A DNA stretch of 64,000 nucleotides from Mobula hypostoma (GCF_963921235.1 NC_086108.1:36458001-36522000); one strand, 5' to 3'; positions 27,099-39,350 are shown, numbered from the stretch's first letter. Numbers and translations: made by a program. Notes: generated from the letters alone by a model not told the origin.

Positions 27099-27947
27099 TA
27101 AGCCACAGTCTGACGTTTCTTCGCACTTTCCAGATGAAAGGATTGTAGATGGCTATCTGAGGTTCTCATTTAAGTACAGAAAAAGATTTCATGTGGTTTC
27201 TGGCTGAAAATTTTCTGAATAAGGCCAGTGACTTCCCACTTAAAAGACTTAAGCAGTCAATATGTCTATCTATTGAGGTTAATTTCAACAGAACACCAAC
27301 TGCTTCAACTAAAGACAAGCATTTGGAACATTTTAATGTAGGTTAAGTCTGACTGCAGAGTGAAACATGAAAATGCACAAGATCTTTTCCAATGTACCAG
27401 CAATGTAAGATATTAAATTGGTCACGGTATGATTCTTGATGTTTAAAGGATAAAGCAAAGTGTTTAACATTTAATAAAAGCAAGCTTAATACTCTCAGCA
27501 AAATCCAGCTTGCAGATTGTCCATAGAGAGTCTATTGATTTCCTCAGATTACCACCATAGTTCTGATTAAGTTTAGTGCTGAAGTTATAGTATATGAACA
27601 CAGAAGGTGAGAGACAATTGTTTCTGGAATGTCTGGTGATTTCTCTTTACTACATTCCCACACGGAATTTGGAAATGAATTGACCAGGTTTGCAACATCA
27701 GAACTATGTGGAGATTTGTTCTTGGACAGAAGTGCTCAATGTGAAATCAGCCAGCTCAGGTTCAATTCAGCCTGCTGGCTCTTGTCCCTTGGGAGTTCCC
27801 TGCAGTCACACGTACCTTTGTGATCCTCATGGGATTAATCAACCTGGAATTCTGGATTCTGTCACTGTCTTGTGTGCTGGAGCATGCCTCTAAAATGCTG
27901 AGCTTAGTTTAGTAACATGTTCATAAACGAATAGAAGTAATAAACCA

Positions 27948-28178
27948 CAGGTGCTACAAATCTGAAATAAAAGCAGAAACACTAGAAAGACTCAGCAGGT
28001 GGGACAGCATCAGTAGAAAGAGAAACCGTCACTCTTTAGGTCTGAGCAGGGAATTGTTTTTTTTCTTCCTTTCTCAGTATTGATGAAGGGTCCTGGATTT
28101 GAAACATTAATACTGTTTTTCTTTCCGTGGATGCTGCCTGACCTGCTGAGTGTCTCCAGTGTTTGTTTCCATTTTTAT
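27948..28178. mobile_element. Penelope-derived fold-back element (imperfect ~50-bp inverted arms) carrying a degenerate hammerhead-like motif
   Basis: AAACACTAGAAAGACTCAGCAGGTGGGACAGCATC ... GATGCTGCCTGACCTGCTGAGTGTCTCCAGTGTTT. Confidence 0.75.
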
Positions 28179-28219
28179 TACTAAAATGAAGAGGTTAACA
28201 ATAATGAAGAGGCTCCTAT

Positions 28220-29066
28220 CAGAGGCAGGTAGTTTTGAGGAAGCAAGGAATCTGAACAAGGACTTAGTCAGATTAGGAGAATTGGCAAAGAAGTGGCAGA
28301 TGGAATATAATGCAGAGAAGTATATGGTCATGCAGTTTGGTCGAAGGAATAAAGGCCTAGACAATTTTCTAAGTAGGGAGAAAAATCAGAACAGGGTTCG
28401 TACAGGATTCCCTAAAGGTTAATTTGCAGATTGAGTCTGTGATAAGGAGGCAAATGCAACGTTAGCATTCATTTTGGGAAGACGAGAATATAAAAATGCT
28501 GAGGTTTTATAAAGTGTTGGTCAGACCAAACTTGGAGCATTGTGAGCACTTTTGGGCATGTAATCTAAAAAGGATGTGCTGGCATTGGAGGCAGTCCAGA
28601 GGATGTTCACAAGAATGATTCCGGGAATGAAATGGTTAATGTACGAAGAGCGCTTTGATGGCTGTTGGCCAGTACACGCTGGAGTTTAGAAGAATGAAGG
28701 CTGATCTCATTGAAATCTATCAAATATTGAAAGGCCTGGATACAGTGAACATGGAGATGATGTTTCCTATAGTGGGGGAATGTAGGACCAGAGGATATGA
28801 CCTCAGAATACAAGGACGTCTATTCATAACAGAGATGAGGAGAAGTTTCTCCAGCCAGATGGTGGTGAATCTGTGGAATTCATTGCCACAGACGGCTCTG
28901 GAGGTGAGTCATTGGGTATATTTAAAATAGATGTTGATAGGTTCTTGATTAGTAAGGGTTCCAAGGGGAAGGCAGAAGAATGAGGTTGAGAGGGAAAATA
29001 AATCAGAATGATGAAATGGTGGAGCAAACTCGATGGGCTAATTCTGCTCCTATGTCGTATGGGATA
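28220..29066 (+). mobile_element. CR1 LINE, 5'-truncated, degenerate
   Basis: NKDLVRLGELAKKWQMEYNAEK; YTLEFRRMKADLIEIYQILKGLD...VVNLWNSLP; tail CTCCTATGTCGTATGG. Confidence 0.9.
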
Positions 29067-30024
29067 TGAATAGACTGATTAATGATAATGAAACTGCTAG
29101 TTAATAATAATGAATGGGCTGGTTAAAACTGAGTTTTCAGTGACCTAGTCTAAACTAATCTACACTCACCCTTTTTAAAATGAAAATCATGATCAACCAC
29201 CCCAGATTAATACAAGAGTACGATGTCGCTAAACTTGGCTGAGCCTAGCTTTGAAGCAGGGGAGTAAATGTGTGGCTGTTTGACCTCCAGGTCATCTCTG
29301 AGTTCCTCTGGAACTGCCAGGCAAGTTAGCAGTTGTTTTTTATATTTGACTTCTAAAATTTAGTTCTACGGAAGTAAATGGAAATGATGTATATTTTGCA
29401 ATTCGGGCAGAAGCATGAGTGTCCATGTCATATGCTGGGAAGCCTTTCTGACTGCCCCTGTTGCCCTGATGGCTCACTATGTAAACCAGTGTTGTTGTGC
29501 CTGTTAATAGATTGGGTGGACGGATGTAAACTGTTAGGTACGGATTCATTTCTAATGTTCACGAGGAAGTTTAGATAGGTACTTGATAGGAAAGAGTTTG
29601 CAAGAATATTGGTAGAGTGCAGATGAGTGGTGTGCAGGCCATTTGTTCTTCTGATGATGGCTGTTTATTGCATCCTCGCTTTTACGATGGAGTGGCTTTA
29701 TCACTGGAGAGCAAATCACCGAATAATGGTGAGCTTGGGTATTTATGTTATCCTCAAATCTAAGAGATCATCATCTGGAGCAAAGAGAACTGAGTGTGGG
29801 TTGAAGGCACATTGTATGCTGCCTACATAGCAATAAGTTCCACTAAAGGTAGTGCAGGGTTTTAACGAATGATTTGAAAGGTTTAAGTTGTCTAATACTT
29901 ATGCAGAAAGAAGTCAATGTAAGTAATATGAGACCCTAGCAGCTGAAACGGTTCATTTGTACTTCTCATTCAGTGTATTACATTTGATGCTCACAATGTC
30001 ATCTCACCTACATTAGAGAAAACA

Positions 30025-30125
30025 AACACAGGTTTGACATAGGGTCCGGACCCGAAACATTAGCTGTTTCTCCTTCTACAGATGCCGCCTGAGTTGCTGA
30101 ATTTTTCCAGCCTGTTCTGTCTTTG
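30025..30125 (+). mobile_element. Penelope-derived terminal-repeat fragment
   Basis: AGGGTCCGGACCCGAAACATTAGCTG...CAGATGCCGCCTGAGTTGCTGA...TCCAGC. Confidence 0.65.
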
Positions 30126-30952
30126 TTAGGGATTGGGTGACTCCCCCGCAAGGGTGACCCTGAACTTCCATTTGCCTGTCAATTTAATTCTGCTTCTCAC
30201 TGACATCCTGAGCTCTCTGCCTTCTGTTGTCCAGCAATATTTCCAGTGAAGCCCAACGTCTTCTGGTCACAATACAGCCCTCACAACATGCCATTGAAAA
30301 TAGTCAGCGTTATATTCAACAATGTGTGTGAAAAATGGAACCTCCAAATGTGTTACATTCCTTCAATTTCATTAGCTCAGAGTACAGGCCAAAGTTGCCT
30401 GGTGCTTGATTTCATCAGAGGCAAGAGTACACCCACGGACCAAGGCAGACACTTCCACCGGTGAAGTTGATTGAAGTTTCAGCCAGGCAGTGCTGCAAGC
30501 ACTTGGCATCGTGCATGATTTGTGAGTATTGTATCAGCCACTAATATATGGACCACTGACAAAACTAATCAGGAGAAGACTTAGTAATAAAAATGGAAAT
30601 ACTCAGCAGGTCAGGCATCATGTGGAGACACATGCAGAGTTAATGTTCCAGAATGATGATCTGTCTGGTGAAAATACAACACCTTCAAGGCAACTTTAAG
30701 AGGTGTTACGATTCTATTTTTAACCACTTCTGATGGTTTGATGATGATAAATAAAGTGGTTTAGCATAAAGAAAGCATTTAGTGTAATGCTAATAAGCTT
30801 GAGAAAATGTCTTGAAGATAGGCCACATTGTATTGGATTTCATTGATTATTTCTTTGACCTTGCATTAGTTGTCTGAAGGTATGGTACAAGTCAAGATGA
30901 CACCACTGGTATCTTGGATTCTTTCAATCATTAAATTCAATTTTGTATTGAC

Positions 30953-33900
30953 TATCCAATACTCCAAATGTGGCCAAACCTGGATTTATAGAGCTGCAAC
31001 ATTACCACATGGTTCTTGAACTCAATCCCCTGACTAATAAAGGCCAACACACCATATGCCACCTTAACCACCACATCAACTTGCCCAGCAATGCTGAGGG
31101 ATCTATGGATATGTATTCCCAGATCCCTCTGTTCCTCTGTACTCTTAGGGATCCTGCTATTAACCCTATACTCTGCCTTCAAGTTCAACCTTCCAAAGTG
31201 TATCACTTCACACTTTTCGGGATGGAACTCCATCTGCCTCTTCTCCACCCAGCCCTGTAATCTGTCAGTGTTCCATTGTAGCCTATCCATTCTACACTAT
31301 CCACAATGTCACCAAGGTTCATGCCATCTGCAAGCTTACTAATTCGCCCTTTCACTTCTTCATCCAAGTCTTTTATAAAAACCTCAAAGAGTAGGGATCT
31401 CAGAACAGATCCCTGCAAAACACCACTGGTCATTGACCTCGAGGCAGAATATGTTCCATCTACTACCATACTCTTAGCTGGCTGGTGACGTAGTGGCATC
31501 AGCGCCGGACTTCGGAGCGAAGACTCCCGAACTCGAATCCAGCCGGCTCCCTTGCACGCTTTTCATCCGTGCTGGATTGAGTGTCGAGCTAGCAACTCAG
31601 CCTAGTAAAAATAAGAAAGCCCGCCAAAAAAGCATCGTCATGATGGTGTCCCGATGACTCCACTCGGAGTTAAGGGCTTTCTTCTTCTTCTTCACTACCA
31701 TACTCTGCCTTTGTGGCCAAGCCAATTCTGAATCCACGCAGACAATTTTCCCTCATTTCGTGCCTCCCGACTTTCTATGTGAGCCTATTGTGTGAACCTT
31801 GTCAAACACCTTACTAAAATCCACGTACACCACATCCACTGCTTTCCCTTCATCAATTTGTTTTGTCGCTTCCTCAAAGAATTCAATCAGGCTTGTGAGG
31901 CAATGCTTACTGCTCTCAAAGCCACGCTGACTAGCCCTAATCAGCTTGTGCTTCTCCAAATGCTCATAAATCCTGTATCTGGGAATCCTCTCCAATAATT
32001 TGCCTACTCCTGATGTAATTCCCAGGATTATCCCTTTTTTATCTCTTGAACAATGGAATAACATATGCAACCCTTGAATTTTCTGCTACTAGTGTGGCCA
32101 GTGAGGATGCAAAGATCATCGTCAAAGGCACAGCAATATCTTCCTTTGGTTCCTGTAGTAACCTGGTTAAATAACATCTGGCCCAAGGCCTTTTCTATCT
32201 TAATGTTTTTCAAAAGTTCCAGTACTTACTCTTTTTTTAACATTGACATGTTCTAGCACATCAGCCTCTTTTATGCTGTCTCAGAAATGTGAAAGTCCCA
32301 CTCACTGGTGAATACTGAAGTAAAGTATTTATTAAGAACCTCCTCAACCACCTTCAACTCCAGGCTCATTTCCTCTTTTATACTTGATTATTCCTCTCTT
32401 CACCAGTCATCCTCCTGTTCTATGTGTGTGTGTGTAGAATGCCTTGGGGTTTTTCTTAATCCTGCTAGCCAATACCTTCTCTTGCTCCCTTCTAGCGCTC
32501 CTAAATCCATTATTCAGCTCTTTCCTGGCTACTTTTCCACTCTCCATAGCCGTCTCTGATCTTTGAATTCCTAAAATTAATTAAGCTTCCTTCTTCCTCT
32601 TGGTTGGATTTTCTACATCTCTTGTCAACCATGCTTCCTTCATCCTACCATCCTCTCCCTGCCTCAGTGGGACAAACCTATCCAGAACCCTATGCGTGTG
32701 CTCTTTAAACAACTTTCACATTTTCGTTGTGTGTTTCCCTCAGTTCATCTGTTCCAATTTATGCTCCCCAAGTTCCTGCCTAATAGCGTCATAATTTTCC
32801 CCTCCCCCAATTAAGTACTTTCCCATATCGTCTGCTACTATTTCTGTCCAAGCCCATGGTAAAGGTTGAGGAGTTGTGGTCACTGTCTCTGAATTAATCA
32901 TCTTCTAAGAGATTTATCATCTGACCAGGTTCATTACCTAGTATCAGATCCAATATAGCCTCTCCTCTAATTGGCCAGTCTACATATTGTGTCAAAAATC
33001 CTTTCTGGACAGCCATAACAAATTCTGTCCCACTAAACCTTTTGAACTAAGGAGGTGATAATCAATATTAGGAAGGCTGAAGGCACCCACGAAAACAACT
33101 ATTATTTTAGCACCCATTCAACATCTGCCTACCAATCTGTTCCTCAGTGGAACAGTGGGAGTCTTGCTATTGGAAGATCTATGGCTTCCACCCACAATGA
33201 CTCAATAGACAATCCCTCCACGATCTCCTCCCTTTCTGCCTCTTTCTATCCCTCTTTTACCCCCTCCCTGTCCCTTTAGAAACATTTAAACCCCAGAACA
33301 TCCAGCAGCCATTCCTGCCCTTGTGACAGCCAAGACTCTGTAAAGGCCTCAATATCATAGTTCCATACACTGTTGTTCATCAGTTTGTGTCCCTGATACT
33401 TCTCGCATTAAACTAGACACATTTCAATCCACCCAAATGATTGCATTATGTCCTTTCAGCTACACATCCTTCCTTGCAGCCCCTCTACATGTTGCATCTA
33501 CCATTAGACAAATTGCTGCATCCTCTGATCTATCACTCTGGTGCCCAATCCCCCGCCAAGCTAGGTTAAACTATCCCCAATAGCTCTCGCAAGCTCATCT
33601 GCAAGGATATTGGTCTCCTCAAGTTCAGATTTAGCCCATCCGTTCCGTACATGTTATGCCTTCTCCAGAAGAGGTTCCAATGATCCACAAATCTGAATCC
33701 CTGTTCCCTACACCCATTCTTCAGCCACATATTCATCTGTTATATCATCCTAGTTCTTCTTCTTACTACGAGGTGGCACAGGCAGCAATCCAAAGATTAC
33801 TGCCCTTGAGGCCCTGATTTTCAGCTTCCTTTCTAGCTCCCTATCTATATTCACTCTTCTGGAACTTATCCCTTTTCCTATCTATATCATTGGTATCAAT
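30953..33900 (-). mobile_element. CR1 LINE, long degenerate copy (ORF1 esterase remnant, endonuclease, RT), lacking its 3' end
   Basis: RT pieces in ORFs 30952-31290, 31203-31499 and 31753-32070 (CLTSLIEFFEE...VDVVYVDFSKVFDKV); ~33550-33740 on minus reads WLKNGCREQGFRFVDHWNLFW, like the CR1 ORF1 SGNH esterase. Confidence 0.9.
31475..31693 (+). mobile_element. tRNA-Arg(TCG)-derived SINE with (CTT)n tail and 13-bp TSD
   Basis: A box TGACGTAGTGG, anticodon arm CCGGACTTCGGAGCG, B box ACTCGAATCC; TSD ACTACCATACTCT at 31462-31474 and 31694-31706. Confidence 0.9.
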
Positions 33901-34025
33901 AGTATAACATTCTTGCATATCGGAGTACATAGTACAATTTTTGATTCCCATCTGCAGACTCCAATAGTGAGTCGGATCACGATTGCTGGATCACACACCC
34001 TGGTCTCCTGTTCAATCCAACAGCT

Positions 34026-35195
34026 TAGACCATAAGACCATAAGACAAAGGAGCAGAAGTCGGCCATTTGGCCCACCAAGTCTGCTCCGCTATTTTATCA
34101 TGAGCTGATCCATTCTCACATTTAGTCCCACTCCCCTGCCTTCTCACCATAACCTTTGATGCCCTGGCTACTCAGATACATATCAATCCCTGCATTAAAT
34201 ACACCCAATGACTTGGCCTCCACTGCTGCCCGTGGCAACAAATTCCATAGATTCACCACCCTCTGACTAAAAAAATTTCTTCGCATTTCTGTTCTGAATG
34301 GGCGCCCTTCAATACTTAAGTCATGCCCTCTCGTACTAGACTCCCCCATCATGGGAAACAACTTTGCCACATCCACTCTGTCCATGCTTTTCAACATTCG
34401 AAATGTTTCTATGAGGTCTCCCCTCATTCTTCTAAGCTCCAAGGAATACAGTCCAAGACTGGACAAATGTTCCTCATATGTTAACCCTCTCATTCCCAGA
34501 ATCATTCTAGTGAATCTTCTCTGTACCCTCTCCAACGTCAGCACATCCTTTCTTAAATAAGGAGCCCAAAACTGCCCACAGTACTCCAAGTGAGGTCTCA
34601 CCAGCACCTTATAGAGCCTCAACATCACATCCCTGCTCCTATACTCTATTCCTCTAGAAATGAATGCCAACATTGCATTCGCCTTCTTCACTACTGACTC
34701 AGCCTGGAGGTTAAATTTAAGGGTATCCTGTATGAGGACTCCCAAGTCCCACTGCATCTCGGAACTTTGAATTCTTTCCCCATTTAAATAATAGTCTGCC
34801 CGTTTATTTTTTCTGCCAAAGTGCATAATCATACACTTTCCAACATTGTACTTCATTTGCCACTTCTCTGCTCATTCTTCCAATCTATCCAAGTCTCTCT
34901 GTAGACTCTCCGTTTCCTCAGTACTACTGGCCCCTCCACCTATCTTTGTATCATCAGCAAACTTAGCCACAAAGCCATCTATTCCATAATCCAAATCGTT
35001 GATGTCTATTGTAAAAAGAAGCGTCCCCAACACGGACCCCTGTGGAACACCACTGGTAACCGGCAGCCAACCAGAAGAGGATCCCTTTATTCCCACTCTC
35101 TGTTTCCTGCCAATTAGCCAACGCTCTATCCACGTATGTAAAGTTCCCATAATTCCATGGGCTCTTATCTTGTTAAGCAGCCTCATGTGTGGCAG
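34026..35195 (-). mobile_element. CR1 LINE, young 5'-truncated copy
   Basis: ORFs 34872-35216 (GVPQGSVLG..FADDTKIGG) and 34122-34856 (244 aa RT C-terminus); tail (CTTATGGT)n. Confidence 0.97.
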
Positions 35196-35719
35196 CTTGT
35201 TACCATGGAAGGACATAATCCTACCCTCTTAAAGGTAGGACCGCACGAAGGGGAATGAGAGATGAGGTATTATTAACAAACATCAGAAAAAAATATGAGA
35301 TATATGCCCTGGATGGTGTGGTTCTTTGGGGGTCTACATTTGTCATTTCGCCTTGTGAAGAATTTGCACATATGACTTCCAGTAATATTTCTCATCAAGC
35401 CAAATGCTAGAACTTTTACTTGGTGTCCGGGAATTGGAGAAAAGAATGAAAGAATGTGAATAACATAGATTCTTGCAATGTTTTTTTACTGGTATCTCCT
35501 TTTCTGCAACCAAACCAACTATGGTCAAGAATGCATGTAGATTTTGCAGGTCTATTTATGGGAAATATTACCCTCATCAAAGATGTATATGCAAGAGCTG
35601 CTTTAGTCACTTAGAATGTGCAAGTAATGAGGTCATGATATTTTTTGGTCATGATATTTTTTGCTAATTTCAAAGCTGAGTATGGTCTTCACTATACATG
35701 TTCTTCCTGAGTTGTGTGT

Positions 35720-35905
35720 ACCACACATTGGGAGCAGCTTCAATTCTACTGAATTTTCCAAAGGAGTGGGACAGATGGAGGGGGTATAAATGCCACCGGT
35801 CTAGACAAGCCCAGGCATTATCCCTGATGAAGATGGTAGAGTTTGCCATTGGAACGTTGGTTAAAATCAATTCCCTGTACCCAGCTGGAAGCCTGAGAAA
35901 AGTTT
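35720..35905 (+). mobile_element. Penelope-like pseudo-LTR fragment with TATA box and hammerhead-like motif
   Basis: GGTATAAAT at ~35783-35791, followed by TTATCC-CTGATGA-A-GATGGTA-GAGTT-TGCCATT-GGAA-CGTT-GGTTAA. Confidence 0.6.
35818..35864 (+). ncRNA. Minimal type-I hammerhead ribozyme-like motif (one core substitution, GAAA to GGAA)
   Basis: CUGAUGA core, 7-bp stem II, palindromic AACGUU in place of stem III, 5/6-bp stem I. Confidence 0.6.
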
Positions 35906-36593
35906 AGCAGAATTAATCTCTGAAATTGATATTGATGCTGTGTTTATTAGGGTGCCAAGTCTCTTCATGAAAGATGTGCTGCTGTTCCTTGTCTTTACGT
36001 TGAACTTCAGTAGGACAGAATAGACCAAGGTCAAAAAGATCTGTATGAGAAGAAAGGATCATGTGGATGGTGGATAGTTAAAGTGACAATTTATGTCTGA
36101 AATTATGGGCCGGAAAGGAGGTGTTCTGTGAGGCGCCTGAGCTGTTGGAGTATTCCAGCATTTCTGTTTTCATCTCTGAGCTTTAGTAATTTTGTTTTGT
36201 AAGGATTGTATAAAGAACGGAGTGCTGCATCTTTCCCCCACTATAATAAAAGTTGATTCAAGTTCAGAAGGAGGGATTTCTGCCCAGCTGTCTGAAGCAT
36301 CATTCAGACAGGCAAATAGAGCTTGTATAAATTTAGCTGACAGATTCACAGTTCCCTTTTTTAATTTCACCTCATCCATGTGCTGATGTATGTCTGCCAG
36401 AAAGGATGAATTTAAAAAACAGGCAGTATCAGTTCAGCAAAAGTTTCACCATTTCCTTCCAGGAGCACTCTTCCCAGTTTGTATAATTCACTTTTACTTC
36501 AGAAAGGAGATTATCTTTAGAGTATTCCTCAATCAAGTGATTGAAATAAATAGTTCACAGGTTCTAAAACTCTCCTCCTAATGTACTTTTACT

Positions 36594-37370
36594 TTCAATA
36601 GGTTTCAATACGTACATTTAATGTGAGAAATGTATACAATATACATCCTGGAATTCTCCTTCTTCGCAAACATCCACAAAAACAGAGGAGTGCACCAAAG
36701 AATGAATGACAATTAAATGTTAGAATCCCAAAGGCCCCCCAGCTCCCCCCCAACGCATAAACAGCAGCAAAGTGACGACCTCCTTCCCCCACCAGCAAAA
36801 AAACATGTGCACCCTCCACCGAGCACTCAAGTGTGCAGCAGATCATCAATAAAGACATCGACTTGCAGTATTCATTCACCCGGTAATTCGACATGCCACA
36901 GGCTCTCTCTCTCTCTCTCTCTCTCACTCTCTCTCTCTCCCCCTAATAAGGGAAAAAAAGATGTCCCCATTTCACAGTGAGAGGGGAGACATAACACAAC
37001 AACTCGCCGATTTATGGTGTTAAAAGTCTGTTGCATCGCTTTTTCTGAGGAGCCAGCTGCTTTCAATCTTCCGTGTTCTCCCACTATACACCAGACGGCG
37101 GCACCAACCTCAAATCCACCTGCCTCCAGAATCATGAAAATCTGGCACTGTGAAGGTACGCTAGTCTTCCAGGCCGCGCCCTTGGCATATCGAAAAGCGG
37201 CCGGGCGTGAGGCCCTGTGAGCAGGTCCCATTCCCGCAAAGAACCGAAGTCATCATGTAACTCCAGGTCAGGGTCTTCAAAAGAAGAGGGAAAAAAGAGA
37301 TATTAAAGATAGAAATAGAGCTGTTTCCCAAGATGCAAACAAAGGAGCCACCGTTAGGCACCATCATCCT
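36594..37370 (-). mobile_element. ORF-less non-LTR (non-autonomous) element with internal (CT)n
   Basis: Minus strand begins AGGATGATGGTGCC and ends ATTAAATGTACGTATTGAAACCTATTGAA (short-repeat tail); CpG-rich body; no protein motif recognised. Confidence 0.65.
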
Positions 37371-37849
37371 CAGCTCTGCCCTCTGTCTTTTTCAGGGTTT
37401 GATTTAGTGAAATGTCTGGAACTTAGAAAAGCAGTTATGTAACACAGACCTGCCTGGTGTCACTGAAATTGCTGATGTCCTATCCATCTCTCTGGCCAAC
37501 AGTTTCTCTGCTGGTTAGCCATGGTTAACAGAGATCGGTTTGACATTTCAATGACGGGTTGTCAGGTGAGTTCTCCTTTCACAGCCCATTTATCAATCAC
37601 AATGTGTATGATGGTTGTTCCCTGAGATTTCTGCTCATCCACTTCGAAACTCCCATTCTCTGCGATTCAATGTCACTCTTTGACTAAGATTTTGCTTAGT
37701 AATGACATACTTCAGGATTTAAAATTCACCTTCAGATTTTTTAAGAGCATAAAAGACTTAAATTGCCATTGTGATACAGCATAGAAGCAAGTTCGCGGAC
37801 TATCATGTCTGTGTCAACTATCTGGTATCCAATTATCCTAATCCTTCCT

Positions 37850-38010
37850 GAAGTAATTTTATTCTCATCAACACTCATGATTCCAGCACTCTCCTACACA
37901 CTAGGGGCAATCTACAGTGGTTAATTAACCTTTCAACCAACATGTCTTTGAGTTGTGGGAGGAAGGCAGAGCACTTGGAGAAAGCTGGAACACCCAGAAG
38001 AAACCCACAC
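37850..38010 (-). mobile_element. V-domain SINE fragment
   Basis: Plus strand ACACTAGGGGCAATCTACAGTGG...ATGTCTTTGAGTTGTGGGAGGAA...GAAACCCACAC is the reversed V core. Confidence 0.65.
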
Positions 38011-38091
38011 TTCCCAGACTTTTCAATATCTCCCAAGAAGTGCTAGCAACGCCAATCGTGTGTATTTACCAAATTACACTTAACCACCTCT

Positions 38092-38372
38092 ATGTTATTT
38101 TATTGAGATACTGCACAGAACACGCCCTTCCAACCCTTTGAGCTGCAGCACCCAGCAACCTTCAATTTAACCCTATTCTAATCATGGGACAATTTACAAT
38201 GACCAATTAACCTACCAACTAGTACTACTTTGGATTGTAGGAGGAAACCAGAGCATGTGGAGGAAACCCACGTGGTCATGGGGAGAATGTACAAACTCCT
38301 TACAGGCAGCAGTGGGAATTGAACCCGGGTCACTGGTACTGTAAAGCTTTGTGCTGACTACTATGCTACTGT
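38092..38372 (-). mobile_element. tRNA-derived V-domain SINE (same family as 17457-17727)
   Basis: Reversed B box GGGAATTGAACCC, V core GGAGGAAACCAGAGCA...GGAAACCCACG, tail TTATTTTATTGAG. Confidence 0.85.
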
Positions 38373-38439
38373 GCACATCTGACTCCTCTTCACCAACACT
38401 TTGCTTTGAAACTAAATGGCAAAGCTTCCACTTGAACCC

Positions 38440-38560
38440 ACCCCTGTCAGTTCTGAGGAAAGACTTGAAACTTTGACTGGTAACTTTTTCCACAGAAGCC
38501 ACTTAACTGGATGAGTTCTCCCAAAATGTTCTGTCTTTGATTCAAACTCGAGTCTTGGCA
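38440..38560 (+). mobile_element. Penelope-derived terminal-repeat fragment with hammerhead core
   Basis: CAGTT-CTGAGGA-AAGACTT-GAAA-CTTT-GACTG, followed by CCACAGAAGCC...GAGTTCTCCC. Confidence 0.55.
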
Positions 38561-38842
38561 GTTTTATTTGTTCCTTCTAGAAGGGTGGTGGCCTTCCCTG
38601 ATGCAGACTGCCTTTACACAAGGGCATCCGAGAGTGTCTGACCTCTGCCTGCAGGCAGGCACATTGTGCCTTCAACTTGCTCATAAAGTTGAAGAAAACA
38701 TTCTCTGTTAAACTTGCCTTGGAGTCATGGCTTGGCTACTAGTTGAGTCTCAGGTTCATCGGTTTCACTCAGCTTAAATTTACTAAATACCAGTTCCCTG
38801 CTTGGGTGCTTCTGCTGACTATTGAAATGGTCCTAAAGGTTG

Positions 38843-39220
38843 AACATGGACTATTACAGTATAGTAGACCCTTCAGCCCACAATGTTGTGCTGACCTTTT
38901 AACCTACTTCAAGATCAATTTAACCCTTCCCTCCCACATAGTCATTCATTTCTCTATTGTCTATATGCCTATCTAAGAGTCTCCTGGATGTCCCTCTACC
39001 ACCACTACCACCAGCAGTAGTTCCATGCACTTACCACCCTTCGTGTAAGAATCCTACCTCTGACATTTCCTCTATAGTTTTCTCCAATCATCTTAAAAGT
39101 ATGCCCATTCAAATTCGCCATTGCCACCCTGGGGAAAAGCTGCTGGCTGTCCACTCTACCTATGCCTCTTATCATCTTATACACCAAAATCAAGTCGCCT
39201 ATCATCCTTCTTTGCTCCAA
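38843..39220 (-). mobile_element. CR1 LINE 3' fragment
   Basis: ORF 39005-39220 RRMIGDLILVYKMIRGIGRVD..LFP..GH.FK..RVVSAWN. Confidence 0.85.
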
Positions 39221-39239
39221 GTTAGTAGAGCCCCAGCAT

Positions 39240-39350
39240 GGTCACCCTGATGAAGAGTCTTGGACTGAGCCTTTGACTGCTTATTCACCTCCATAGATGC
39301 TGCCTGACCTGCTGAGTTCCTTGCTCGAGATTTCTAGTGTCTGTAGAATC
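39240..39350 (+). mobile_element. Penelope-derived terminal-repeat fragment
   Basis: CTGATGAAGAGTCTTGGACTGAG...GACTG...CATAGATGCTGCCTGACCTGCTGAGTTCC. Confidence 0.7.

Noticed and set aside
31477..31551. Functional tRNA-Arg(TCG) gene
   Set aside because: B box is altered (ACTCGAATCC), arms are imperfect, and it is fused to a SINE body and tail flanked by a TSD
36288..36311. 9-bp inverted repeat CTGTCTGAA/TTCAGACAG
   Set aside because: Too short to distinguish from chance in 64 kb
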